Assembly (NCBI GenBank): GCA_002104945.1
Contig: MCFH01000021.1
Location: forward strand, 124,001 to 188,000
Length of the DNA: 64,000 bases
Direction: 5' to 3'
Source: Piromyces finnis finn
Taxonomy: Eukaryota; Fungi; Neocallimastigomycota
Shown: piece by piece, positions 35,119 through 55,474 of the stretch
How the letters are laid out: the number at the start of each line of letters is the position of its first letter
How positions within the stretch are numbered: position 1 is the first letter of the stretch
Position numbers and translations under genes: made by a program
Notes under the pieces: generated by a model
What the model was told of the DNA's origin: nothing
Database searches by the model: none
What the model saw: the letters and a program-made list of their open reading frames with translations, nothing else

Positions 35119-36559
35119 ATACAAATAAATTTTAATTATTTAAAAATAAGTGTTAAAAAAACCCCACCAATTTATAATATAAAAAAAATAAATTTTGCTT
35201 TTAACATTATATAAAAATATAAATTCTAAATTCGTTTTATTAAAATATATATTTTGATAAAAAAAAATAGCTTACATTTTATAGTCCTTAATAGAAAGGT
35301 TGAAATCATAATATATATTTAAATTTTGTTTTTACATATAATTCTTTTGTTACTTTTTTTTTTTAATGAAATAAATCCTTTTAAAATATTTAATATTATG
35401 TTATGTTATTTATATGGGAGAAACAATAATAAAAGCGCCTTATTTTATTTTCTAATAGTTTTTCAAATTTTTTAAATATATAAAACTATTTTCTTTAAAA
35501 TTATTTTTTTATTTTTAATTAAATATTTTCAAAGGTTAATTATTATTTTAATCGTAATCTTTCCTTTAAATATAAAAAAGAAAAACTTTTATAAGCAGTT
35601 GTAATTCAAATAATGAATAAGAAATTTATAAAAAAAAAACAAGATAATGTATTCATAAATCTTTTCTAAAATAAAATAGATTATTTTTTTTTATTTTAAG
35701 TAAATTATACTGCTTTTATTTTATATTGACATTTTCTAATAAGGTAACGCATGCAATTTATATTTTAATTTATTAATTATTCTTAATAAAATAACACTTT
35801 TATGTTAAAAAAAAAAAAAATATCCTATTAATCTCCAAGCTTCATTTAATTAAAATACAAAGTAAAAAAAAAAAAAAAAAAATTAAAAACCTAAAATACT
35901 AGCAATAATAAAAACTATTTTGTTATTTTCTTTTTAAAATATTTTGTATAATCAATATTAATAGGATTCAGTATCACTTAAATTACTATTGATTTTTCAT
36001 TAATGTTCCTATACATTTCTCAAATTGTCAACTTTTTTATTATTCTTTTTAAAATGTGTCGCATAGTTCAAATTTCTAATAAGTTTTAAGCAAGTGCTAT
36101 TTTTAACTGATTCCATGCCATAAGAAGTAGTAAAGACTTTTATTGTTAAAAAAAAAAGTCTAAAGGAATTACTTTTTTTGATAAATATAATTCCTTATTA
36201 AAAAAGTAAACTTTTTTTGATTATAATTCTTTTATCTTTGTAAACTTGATAATTACACAAAAACTTTAAATATCTAGTCATATATTATTTTATATTGGTA
36301 AATATATTTCAATATATATAATAATTAAAAATATCTATTCCACAATTACTACATAAACGAATAATCTGTTGTTAAGATTTTATTTATTAAATGTAACTAT
36401 TGTTGAAATGGTAAAAAATAGATTAATTATATTTTATAAAGTAATATATTATAATATAAATTAATATATAGTAAATATTTTTTAAATATTAATTAATTTA
36501 TAACCAAACGATAAAAAAAAGTTTTTTCATATCAAAAAGTAAATAATTAAGGAGGATTA

Positions 36560-36698
<139 letters not shown>

Positions 36699-36961
36699 AA
36701 CTTTTTTTATCTTTTATTTATTATCATTTATTTACTTAAAAATAAAAAGCACCATGAACAATTTATTAAACATTTATTATGATATATTTTATACATATAT
36801 TATTCTAAATAATACTAATTAATAAATATATAACATAAAATTAAATAATAATTAAAAATATTAAATTGAATTTATCGTTATTACTTATAATGAATAATTT
36901 ATTTTAAAAAAAATTTCTTTAAAAAAAACATAAAAAATATTATATAATAAAAAAAAAGAAA

Positions 36962-36992
<31 letters not shown>

Positions 36993-37981
36993 TGGAGATA
37001 AAAATACTGTTATATACTGCATTTCTTCAAGATATCTAGGAAGAATAATTTGAAAAGAAAATTAATAATTCTTTTTTAATTATTATCCCAAATAACTATA
37101 GAAATTAGTTAAATATTTTAATTTAACATATTATAGCATATATAACAGAATAAATTTCACTGATATAAATTTATCTAGCTTATTTTGCTATATACCAAAA
37201 AATAAAAAATAAAAAAAAGAAAGAAATAATATATATATATAACAGGAACTGGAGTTCATATTAGTCTTGTTTCATTTTCAATTGTATAATTTTAATATTT
37301 CTAATCCTATATAAAAAAATATTAATAAATTATATTATCAAAGGAAACAGAAAAAATAAACTTAATTCATTCGCATAAACCAAAAATCAAAACAAAAGTA
37401 ACAACAAAAAAAGAAAATAAAATTATGATAATAAAACCATCATATTTTTATTAATTTATATCATTGATTTTACTATTATAGAAAAGTTAATAGATTTTGT
37501 GAAACCAACCTAATATAAAATTGAAAGTATTAAAAGATAAAAAAACTGTCAAATATAAAAAATTTTAAAATTATGTTTTCAAAAATAAAAATAAAATAAA
37601 AAAAAAACTTTTCAATAAATATGTTAATATTATGAAAAAAAAAAATATCATATAATAAATAAAATAATTACATTAATAAATAAATCATTATCTTGATAAT
37701 TATAAAAAAATTCATTAACAAACCCATTGTCTTGATAATTACAAAATAAAATTATTTATATAAACAAAAAATATATATAATATATAGCATATTATATATT
37801 ATTTATATTATTGTAACATTTTAATACCTTAAATAATAAATTAAAAAAAAAAAAAAAGGTTAGTATAAATAACAATATTTCATTAGCTTTTGTACATAAT
37901 TTACTAATAAAAATATTACAAATTTATCATAACATTATATTATTAAAATAGATTTATATGTTATTATAAAAAATACTATTC

Positions 37982-38012
<31 letters not shown>

Positions 38013-38277
38013 TTCACCGGGAAAAAATATAATTACTTTTAATAACAAAACAGTATTGATATTAAAACAAATTTTATTAAAGTAAAAAAAAAAGAAAGAA
38101 AGAAATATATTTCTATTTAAAAATAATAATAATAATAAACATCAGAAAGATTTCAATATTTATTTGTTTTTGATATAACTTCAATTCAACAGATTTTATT
38201 ATTCAATTAATTTTTAATTAAATTCTTTGGTTTTTTATCATACATACAATACACAATAACCACAAATAATATTCAAA

Positions 38278-39519
38278 ATGTTAAATGAATACATTGAACA
38301 TGTGGTACAAATCTCTATGGTTGTTTTTCCTGTGAGTCCGTACTTTAATCAATATTTAAAGTTGAAAACAACAAATCAAGGTTTTTCTGTTCATGTTTGT
38401 GGTGGTTTGATGCTTTCAAATATTTTTAAAATATTTTTTTGGTAATTAATTATTCATTGAGATATTTTTTTAAAAATAATAATAATCAATTAGTATTATA
38501 TAGTTAGTTATTATTTTTTATTTTAAAATTATTTATATTCTCGTTATTTACCTTTATTTAATTAATATCAATATAGGTATTGTAAACGTTTTGATGTTAC
38601 CATTTTTGTTCAAGGTATAACTATGTTTGCAGTACAATTATGGCTTTTATCAGCTAGTAAATCAACTATTCATATAAAACGTCGTTTTCCATACACAGAT
38701 ATTGAAGTATTAGGTTTATTTGTATATCTTTATATATTAACTATTCAATTTATCACTTTGGTTATATGTCAATATAAAATAGGAAGCAATCCTATATATA
38801 TTGAAACTATCGGTTTCCTTGGTGTTGTCTTGGAAGCTGCTGTACCCGGCTTCCAAGTTTTCCGTAACTTTCGTAATCAGTCAGTAAAAGGATTTAGTGA
38901 ATTAGTATTATTAGTATGGTTTACTGGTGATGTATGTAAAATTGGATATCATTTATATTTCGGAAATCCAATACAATTTGTATTATGTGGCATTGTTCAA
39001 GTACTATTTGATTGTACATTATTCTATCAATTTATTAAATATAATAATGATTACTTTGATCTCACTAAAGAACCGGATGAGCATCGTCGTCTTCTTAGTG
39101 AAGACCCAAATTATTATTATAAAAATTACAATGACCGTCACTATGCTTCAGCGTCAACAAATCAATTTGAAGCTAATGCTAGTCATCAACGTTTCTTAAC
39201 TGAAGGGACAATATATGAAAATGAATATGACGAAGCTGTAATGGATCCAAAACCTAGTTTACCTTCAAAATCATATTATGAAGATCCTGCAAATACTTCC
39301 TTTTCAAGTATTTCTAGTAATAATAAAAATATTTATGATAAAGGTAAAAATTATGCCATTTCAATAAAGCATGATAATGAATGCCCAACTGAAAATGACC
39401 ATATTGAACATCCAAGTTTTCATAACAGTTTAAGTAGTTACCGAAGTTATCAATATGCTAATATAAGGAATAGTAATTATTATTACTATCAACAACAACA
39501 GCAGCAGCAGCAACAATTA

Positions 39520-39552
<33 letters not shown>

Positions 39553-39855
39553 GAGGAAGAAGAACATGTTAAAATAAAAAAACAAAATAGTATAAATAAT
39601 GGCTCAATAAATAATAATAAGGACATTCATAAAAATAATAGTGTTTTTTCCTATGACAGTTATAATCCGCCTACAAATCAATCAAATTCAATGCCAGATC
39701 AACCTAAAACTGGTAATAGAATATTAAATCATAGTAAAAGTGTACAATTCCCACGAAGTCAATTAAGATCATCAAATGCGTATGATGATAATCGCTATCA
39801 AAATATAAAACGATCAAACTCTCAACATTATCCGAAAAATCACTTTAAAACATAA
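38278..39855 (+). CDS. PQ-loop membrane protein (PQLC1/Any1-like) with long N/Q/S-rich C-tail; exons 38278-38441 and 38577-39855
   Basis: Motifs GFSVHVCG..LSNIFKIFFW, FRNQSVKGFS..LVWFTGDVCKIGY and PIQFVLCG..Q..FD. The phase-2 GT-AG intron joins the frames. Confidence 0.82.
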
Positions 39856-40170
39856 AACACATCATAACATTATTACAATAATAAAACTAATTAACAATAA
39901 AAAGCAAAATACTACACATTACTCTTTATTATGCATCATAATTACATCATATTTTTTTATTAGTATTGTTATTATTGTTGTTGTTATTGTGAATATAGTT
40001 AAAAATAAGAATTATTATATATATAGTATAATAATATAACATAAATATTTGTTAATAGAAAATATATAATTATATAAATATATAAAATTTTTAAATTAAT
40101 TTAAAATTACATTATTATCATTATTAGTGTTGTTATTTCAACATTATTTTTACTAAATAAACATTTATAT

Positions 40171-40218
<48 letters not shown>

Positions 40219-40856
40219 GCATTAATAATAGTAATAATAAAGTAATAAAGAAATTGAAAATCATAATAAAAAAATTATATAAATAAAATCAAAAATAATA
40301 TTATGATAATATATAGAAATTTTGTAGAATTAAAACTTGAATTTGAATTTTAACTTAAAAATTTAGTAGTTATGCAGTATGTGGTAGCTATGTATTATAT
40401 ATTTCAAAAAAAAAAAAAAAAAAAAGCATTTATATATATAGAAAAAAGAACGAAAGAAAAGCATGTTTTATATTATTAGTATTTGTATTTATTATTGTTT
40501 ATTCACTTTTTTTTTATGCTAATATTTTAAACTTTAAATTTTAGGAATTTTTTTTTTTAAATTATATAAATCTAAAAAAGAATTTTTCCAAATTAATATG
40601 CCTTTTATAAATATATGAATAAATAATAAATTTTGATAAATATCATTAATTTAAAATAAAATTCTATTATATAAGTAGTAATAACTTAATTATTTTCTTT
40701 AAGAATTACAATATTTTTAAAAAAAAAAGAAAAGGTTTCATCTTTTACACGTTTATCTTTTTTTAGTATATAATACACATAAATGTTTAAACAATAAAAG
40801 TAATATAATCATAAAAAATAATATAAGTAATAAAATTAATATTTCCCTTATTATCA

Positions 40857-47090
<6,234 letters not shown>

Positions 47091-47562
47091 AATTTATAAA
47101 CAAATATAACAAATTTCCCAGCAAATAAATTATTAAGTCATAAAAATGGAACATAAAGTAACAGTTACAAATATCTTCTTCGTAATTTTCATAATAATAA
47201 TTACTACATTCATAATAATTTTATATTATCATTCCATTATTCCTTATTACATTAAGTTATTATTAAAATATCTATTTTTCACTACAAAATTTTCTCATTT
47301 AGTTTATAATATATATGTAAATATATTAATGATATATTAATATATTTATTACAACTTAAATTTATTTATTTAATTTTTACTTATTTTATAGGTGAATAAT
47401 AACCAATCATATAAACGATATAAAAAATATAAAAGTTATAAAAATTCAGTTTTTAAGTTAATTACTATTTTGTTTTTTAAATATAAAACAAAAAAAATTA
47501 GGTTTTGCTTAATATAAAAGTATTTATATTAAATGAAAGTCTAATTTGTAAAGCAAATAAAT

Positions 47563-47646
47563 TATAAAGATGGTGATGACAGTTTTTAAACCGAGATTAC
47601 ACGAATGTGGAACAATTCATATATTCACACTGCCTGAATCTTTATA
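47563..47646 (+). ncRNA. C/D-box snoRNA; predicted guide for the LSU rRNA U equivalent to yeast Um2729 (snR51 D-guide-like)
   Basis: Box C GTGATGA at 47573-47579, box D CTGA at 47634-47637, D'-like CCGA at 47591, and a 9-bp terminal stem TATAAAGAT/ATCTTTATA with k-turn spacing. The D guide TATTCACACTG is complementary to the conserved LSU CAGUGUGAAUA (rRNA sequence recalled, not searched). Confidence 0.8.
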
Positions 47647-48137
47647 TATTTAAATATTAAATAAAAAAAATTGAATTTAAAAATTAAAAGAAAAAAAAAT
47701 AGTGTTTTAGGTAAAAGAAATTATTGTGAATTTTTGAGTGTATGTCAAAGGAATTATTTTGGTGGTTGTGTGTATAGGGTTAATTTTTTTTATTGTAAAA
47801 ATGTTAATTGTAAAGTTTAGTATTAAGATGGCGGTTGATGTTTAACAACGTTTAATTGTATATGAAAAATTTAAAAAAGATAAGTCACAAACCATTATTT
47901 TAAATATGAAATTTAAATTTGTAATAAAATAATAAACTTAAAATTAAAAAAGAGTTTTAAAATTAATGGAAAATAATTTTAAAAATTTAATATTTTTGAA
48001 GATTTTTTTCTTTAAAATAAAATATACATATAAAGATTATTTTCATTTAGTGAATAAATTGTTAAATATTGAAAAATAAAAGTTTGTTGTATTATAAAAA
48101 AAAAATTGTTAAAAAGCTTGTAGGATTTTTCTTACTT

Positions 48138-48174
<37 letters not shown>

Positions 48175-48309
48175 AAGATAATTATAAAGTTGATTTGTTT
48201 TATTTTTAATATTTTGTTTTTTCATTTAATCACTATATAATATTCAATCTTTTGAAAGCAACATAATATTTAAATTGACTATAGCCTTTATTTTATATAT
48301 ACCTTCAAA

Positions 48310-49045
48310 ATGAGTGCCAGTATAACAGGAAATCCTCTTAGTTCGTATCCTCTATCATCAGCATATCCACAAAATATAAATACTAATATTAATGGAAATA
48401 ATAGTAATAATTGCAATATTATGTTAATTACGTTAAATTCTTCATCAAAAAAAAAAAAGATAATAAACTTAGAAAATCCTATTCATATTGGAAGAGCAGT
48501 AGATAATACGGCTATGACCGCTGCTGCTTCAAGTTCAAATTTAAATGGTATTTTTAATGGTACTGAGGCATCAAGTTCTTCTCCTTCACAATTTATTTAT
48601 TATTCATCTAAAGTTGTATCGAGAAATCATGCCCTATTAAAGCATGAAAATGGAAAAGTAATAATAAATAAGAAAAAAAAGACAATATAATTCTTTTTTT
48701 TTTTTTTTTTTTTTTTTTTATTGATATTCATATCATTTATTTTTTATTATTATTATATTATTAAAAATGTTTTTTTTTTTTTTTTTTTTAACATATTATA
48801 ATAAAAATTATAACATAAAAAATTTAAAAAAAAAAAGTTTTATATAAAAGACACTGGAAGTTCAAGTGGAACATTTTTAAATGGAAAAAGATTAAGTCCT
48901 CAAGGACAAGAAAGTACATTTTTTGAATTAAATAATGGAGATGTTGTAAAATTAGGTGAAGATTGTCAAGTAAATAAAGGTATATTTCAAAAAAAAAAAA
49001 AAAAAAAGAAATGCAAATTTTATTCAATTTATTAGAAACTATAGG

Positions 49046-49084
<39 letters not shown>

Positions 49085-50396
49085 ATGAAATAATCATTTA
49101 ATTATATTTTATATTATTTAGTACTTCATAAATGTGTACTTTTAAAGATAATAACATCTACTATTGGAATAGATTCTAGTGCAATTCTAGATGACATGGA
49201 TTATCTGTAAATATGAACATTTTTGTATAACAAATATATTTAATATCAATAATATTAATACAACAAATTTCTTTTTTTTTTTATTATTATTATTATGATA
49301 TTTTTTATTTACAATATAGGGATTTTACATTGGCACCAGAAGTAAGAGCTAGTGTACAAAACGAATTTGATTCTATATGGAAAAGTTTAACAGAAGGAAT
49401 GGTATCGCCAAAAGAATATTTATTTTATCTAAAAAATTCACTATTTTCTTCATCAGAAAATGAAGCAAAAAATAAAGTAATGCCTAATTCACTAGATGAA
49501 ATAAATGCAAATACAAATATACCAGGAAATCAATCAAATACAACAGAAAAATATATATCAAGTAAAATATACTACAAACCTAAAATAATATATAAATATT
49601 ATTATCATTACTATTATTAATAGTTAGTTAATTAATGTCGGCTATTTGTTTATTTACTCTCATATATTTTTAAATATAAATTAGGTAGTAAAAGTGTTCA
49701 AAATTTAAATCAAGCTTCAAATCCAACCTATCCCAATAAAAATTCATCTTATAATTCAAAAAAAAGTATAGAGTCTGCATTAAATGAATTAGAAGATCTT
49801 CTTACAGATAATCAAAAATTCAAAAAACAAATTTCAAGTAAAATCCCGGATAATTCACACCCAAGTCAAACAACAAACCCAACAAAATCTATATCTACAG
49901 GTAAAAAAAAAAATAAAATAAAATAATAATAATAATTATAACACTTGATTAAAATAAAAAATTTTTTATTTAAATTTTATTTTTCATTAATTATGATTTT
50001 TAAACCATTTTAAAAATAAAACTACTACTATAAATGAACAATTTGGATATCAATAATAATTTATAAATTGTATTAATATTATTTTAAACATGGTCTATCG
50101 TTTTTTCTATTTTTTAAAATGTTTAATATCTTAATAATTTATTACTATTATTAAAATTATTATTATTTTAACAATATTATTCAAAACTCAAAAAAATAAT
50201 AGAACGAATTCAAAATTGTATAAACTTTATTATGTCAAATAGCTGGCAATCCCCAGATATACAACAAACACTTTTAAAGCTTGCACAAGATGGAGATCGT
50301 CAATTATTAAGTTACTATGAAAATCTAAAACAATTTCCACAAGTTTTTATTAATATTACAACAAAATATGTGGAAGAATTAAATACAACAAATTAA
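48310..50396 (+). CDS. FHA-domain protein, 6 exons
   Basis: FHA motifs IHIGR, SKVVSRNHA, YIKDTGSSSGTFLNG and LNNGDVVKLG, joined by GT-AG introns. Last exon ~50201-50396. Confidence 0.82.
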
Positions 50397-50547
50397 TAAA
50401 AATAAAGTTAAGAAATATTAAGTAGTAATATTAAAAGATAAGAAAAGAAAAAAAAGAAAAGAAAAATATATATATATATTACATAAATATCAATAATTAT
50501 AGTGTAAAGAAATCTTATTTTGACATTTTAATACTTATTACATATGA

Positions 50548-50587
<40 letters not shown>

Positions 50588-51493
50588 TTAGGAACAATTA
50601 ATAAAAAATTTATAAAGAAATCATCATTATTATACTAATATACCAATCAAGGTTTTTTTTATGATATATTAATATATATATATATATATTTGTATCTTAA
50701 AAAAATATTATATATTATTACCCTTTTTTTTTTTTTTGTTGTTGTTGTTGGTTTATTTTTAACTTTTATTTATTTACAAATGATAAAAATTTTTCTTCTT
50801 TTATTTTAATAATTTTAATAAAAATTTTGCTATTCAATAAAAGAAAAGAAATTTGGTATTGATAAAAAAATTATACATAAATATAATTTATATTCTTATA
50901 TTAATAATATAAAGATATGTTAGAATAATTCTATAATAAATTAAATAACAATGGCATTAGAAGAAAAATATTTTGTATAGTATTAAGGTGATATAATTTG
51001 ATAAATATTTATCATAAATATGATTTTAAATAAAATGATTTTTTTTAAAAAAAATATTAAATAATTATTATAACACTTTTGAAATAATGATAATATATAT
51101 AAAGATATTTTTAAATAATTAATTCTTAATGAATGAATATAATAGAATATATAGAGAGTTTTATAAAAAAAAAGAAATATTAAAAATTCATAATTATATT
51201 TGAGGTGAATTATTTAATTTGTTTACGTTATCGTAATGTTGGTTAAATTTATTAAGATCTTCTACCACGATTATTAGTGTGATTGCGACTATTTCCACGT
51301 TTATGCTTAAATCCACGACCTCTATTATGTGAATTTGTATTTGAAGAATTATGATAAAATCTTTGTCTAGTGTTAGAAGAACTTGATCCTCTATCACTAC
51401 TTTCACTGTTATAAAGGTTATTTTTATAATTGTCTTTGTTACTTAATTTGGAAGTATTATTCCTTTTATCAATTTTCTTTTCTTTTATTCTAT

Positions 51494-52997
51494 TTAAAAA
51501 AAATTATGTATTCCAAAACCCCTTCCACTATTCTTTGATGAACCATAAGAAGAACGACTGTTTGATCCACGTTGACTACGGCTACCACTAGAATATTGAT
51601 CTTCGATTTTTAATCTATTATTTGAACTTCCTTGATTATTATCAGTGATAAGTGATTGTTGTTTACCATTAACAATTGTTTCAGTAGTTCTTCTACCATC
51701 TGGTTCAATAGTGGTTTTTTCTACAGTAGTATTACCACTACCATCCTTTGTTTCTTTTATAATAGTCTTCTTTCCGTTAACAACAGTAGTTCTTTGTGAA
51801 GTGGATACAAAGTTTCCTCCACCCATACCACCACCAAAGGAGGATGAACTGAAAGATGAGAATGATGGACCACCAAAACTAGTAGAGCTAAATGAGCTAA
51901 ATCCTGAACTACCATGACCACCAAAGAAGTCATCATCATCATCAAAGAATGAACTACCAAAAAAGCCTCCACCAAATGGATCATTTCTTCTTGAATTAGA
52001 ACCTCTACGGCTGCTTCCACCAAATGGACTAAAGAATGAAGCGAATGGATCTTGACCTCCAAAGAATTCTCTAAATATATCTTCTGGATTACTGAAATGG
52101 AATGAGTGGAAGCCACCATTACCATAATCAGCACCTCCACCATTTGCTCTATCTTTAAAGCCTTCATCCCCATACTTATTATAAATAGCACGTTGTTCTG
52201 GATCTTTAAGAACCTCATATGCTTCAGAAATTAATTTAAAATGTTCATTGGCTTCTTCAAGTCTATCTTGATTTTTATCAGCTAATAATTTTATATTTAA
52301 TATTTAAAAGTCAGTATAAATATAATAAATATGTATTATAACATTTACATTAATAATTATAAAAAATCATAATAAAAAAAAAAAAAAAAAAACTATTTCT
52401 AAAACATATATATATTTTTTATAGCACTTTAATAATTTTATATTTTGATAAGATATTTGACCAAATTTAAATTATGTTTTTTAACTAATTTAAAATTTGT
52501 CTTTATAATAATAATTCTTTTTAAAAATCATATGATATTAATAATATTATTATTTTAATAGCATTATTTCTTTCATTTATAGTTTTATTATTGATTAATT
52601 TTCAATATTACTATAAAGTTGAAGTAATAATAATATAGAAAAAAACCATCTTTCTATACTTTTGTTAATTTCATTTTCTTCTTATATTTTTTTTAAAAAA
52701 AAAATAATTTAGCACATAATAAATTCCCACTATCTTGTTATTATCCATTATTCCTGTTTTTTTTTTTTTTTTATCCAAAATCCTTATTGTATTATTTAAA
52801 AGACTCATGTTTGAATATAAGATTTTATAGAAAAATAATAATTCTAAAAATATTACTTAAAAAAAATACATTTATATTAATAAAAAAAAAAACTTACGAT
52901 GCCAACGTAAAGCTTCTTTTCTGTATGCTTTTTTAATTTCAGCATCAGTAGCTGTTTCTGATAAACCTAAAATTTCATAATACTTTTTTGTAGTCAT
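51494..52997 (-). CDS. Class B J-domain protein, DNAJB6/B8-like; exons 52997-52898 and 52281-51494 (C-terminus may extend to 51252)
   Basis: Motifs YYEILG, W-H-P-D across the intron, [29 protein letters not shown], a G/F and S/T-rich region, and [13 protein letters not shown]. Confidence 0.9.
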
Positions 52998-53251
52998 TAT
53001 TAGATATTAAATGAATACTACTAATTTGTTTTGAATGAAATTTTGTAATGAAATGGATATATAAGCTTTTTCGGACTTCCAATTAATAAAGGTTTAGTTG
53101 TATTAGAATTTGAAAATATTATTAATTTCTTATTATTAAAACTAACAAGCAATTTTACTCAATATCCCTTTTATTAATTAAAAATAATATTTTAACAATT
53201 CTAAAAAAAGAAAAAATTGTAAAATTATTAAAAATTACAAAAAAGAAACTT

Positions 53252-53282
<31 letters not shown>

Positions 53283-53536
53283 CTGTTTATTAATGGCACA
53301 TTTAAATTAAATTTTTAAATAGTCAATTTTTACCTGTTTTGTTTAATTTTATATTCTATCACATTAGTATATAGCATTTCCTTAATATACAGTGAGTATG
53401 GATTTTATATATTAGAATATATTGTAATATATAGAGAAATTTCTAGAATAGAATAGAAAATTATTACACAATAAATTTATGTAAATTTGAAAGTAGTTTA
53501 AATGGGTTAGATTATAGTATATAAAACTAGGTTTGT

Positions 53537-53644
<108 letters not shown>

Positions 53645-54077
53645 AAAAATGAATTAAAAACATAACATAAAATGTAATAACAAAAAAAAAAAAAAAAAAA
53701 TATGATAATATATAATATTTTTTCATTAGTTTTATTTATTATAAATTATATTATATTCTACATTTAATTAACCTTTCAAAATATTATGCCAATAATATTA
53801 AAAAAAAAAAAAAATTATCATATAAAAGTATAAAGCATATAAAGGATATTTAATTTCTTAGCTATATTCATATTCTTAAATATAAAAAAAAATCTTTACA
53901 TAATAGTATTAAAAAACTTTAATTATTGAAGGTATATTAAGATTTTAATATTAAATAAAAATTAAAAAGTATTTAAAATATTTGGTTTTATTTGAGTTTT
54001 ACTATCATTTTGTATTTTAATATATATTATTAATTATTATTATTATTATTATCATTCTAATTATTATTATTACTCTA

Positions 54078-54218
<141 letters not shown>

Positions 54219-54790
54219 ATATTGTTCTTTCTTTTTACACAACAAATCTATTCAAAGATATTATAATTTTTTAAAATGCTATTGAAGGATTTTTAAAGTA
54301 TCATTGGTTCTGATTTATTTTAGAATTTCTTTATTTTTTAAAATTAATATTTAATTAATTATTTATCAAAAAAAAAATAGATTATATAATTTTAATTTTT
54401 AATAAAAGGAAAATCGTTTTTAGATTTTGCCAAAAGTCCCCTCATTTAAAGTTTAATTAGAAATTTTTATATAAATACTGATTATTTTTTCTTATTATGT
54501 ATAAAAAACTAAAAAACTAAAAAAAAAACGAAGAAAATAAAAGTTTTTATTACCAATATAATTGAAATACATAAATTGTTAAAATATCATTTTATAAATA
54601 ACTATATAGTGTATAAATTTTCAAATTATTTTGATTTAAAATAATAAAAATAAATATATATTATTTATAACATATATTACTAGAAAAAAAAAATTTCACA
54701 TATTATATCAATAAAAAAAAATAAAAATATACAAGCATTCATTTTAACTTTACAGAAATATATATATATATATATTATATTATACCAAAT

Positions 54791-55474
54791 ATGTCTGAAA
54801 TTAAAAAATGTATATATCCAATCATTCTTTTAATCATCATAGTTATTGTTTTGATTATTTCATTATTTGATCTAAATGTTACTATGCGTACATGGGGACT
54901 AGAATGTTTACCAGCTATAGTAGCCGTAATTCTTTTATCCTTGACTATGAAACGATTCAGGTTAACATATTTACTTTACACCTTAATATTCATTCATTCA
55001 TTAATTTTAATTTATGGTGGTCATTACTCCTATTCTGATGTACCATTGGGCTTCTGGATGAGTGATTTATTTGGATGGAAACGTAATAATTACGATAAGA
55101 TTGGTCATTTTTGGCAAGGTTTTTGTCCAGTAATCATCGCTCGTGAATTAACTTATCGTCTTACACCTCTCAAGAAAGGATTCTTTTTAGAATTTTTAAG
55201 TTGGTCGGTGGCAATGATGGTCTCCTCTGTTTATGAGATTTTTGAATGGCTCTGTTCTCTTACCGATCCAAATGAAATGGAAGCCTTTTTAGGTACACAA
55301 GGTTATGTCTATGATACTCAATCTGATATGTTTATGTGCTTAGTTGGTGCTTTTATTAGTATATTGATTTTTGCACATATTCATAACTATGAACTTAAAA
55401 AGTTAGATAAAGAAAAGAAATGCAATATTAAAAGTGAAGAACATAGACAAATTAAAGTCAATATTCAAAATTAA
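54791..55474 (+). CDS. DUF2238/YjdF-like inner-membrane protein, intronless
   Basis: Motifs W.LE..P, GGHYSYSDVPLG, RNNYDKIGHF.QG, YEIFEW and FLGTQG..YDTQSDM. Confidence 0.85.
   Translation: MSEIKKCIYPIILLIIIVIVLIISLFDLNVTMRTWGLECLPAIVAVILLSLTMKRFRLTYLLYTLIFIHSLILIYGGHYSYSDVPLGFWMSDLFGWKRNNYDKIGHFWQGFCPVIIARELTYRLTPLKKGFFLEFLSWSVAMMVSSVYEIFEWLCSLTDPNEMEAFLGTQGYVYDTQSDMFMCLVGAFISILIFAHIHNYELKKLDKEKKCNIKSEEHRQIKVNIQN

Noticed and set aside
36040-36260. Slightly GC-richer patch with short minus-strand open frames, possible gene or transposon relic
   Set aside because: Interrupted by stops, with no recognisable motif or splice structure.
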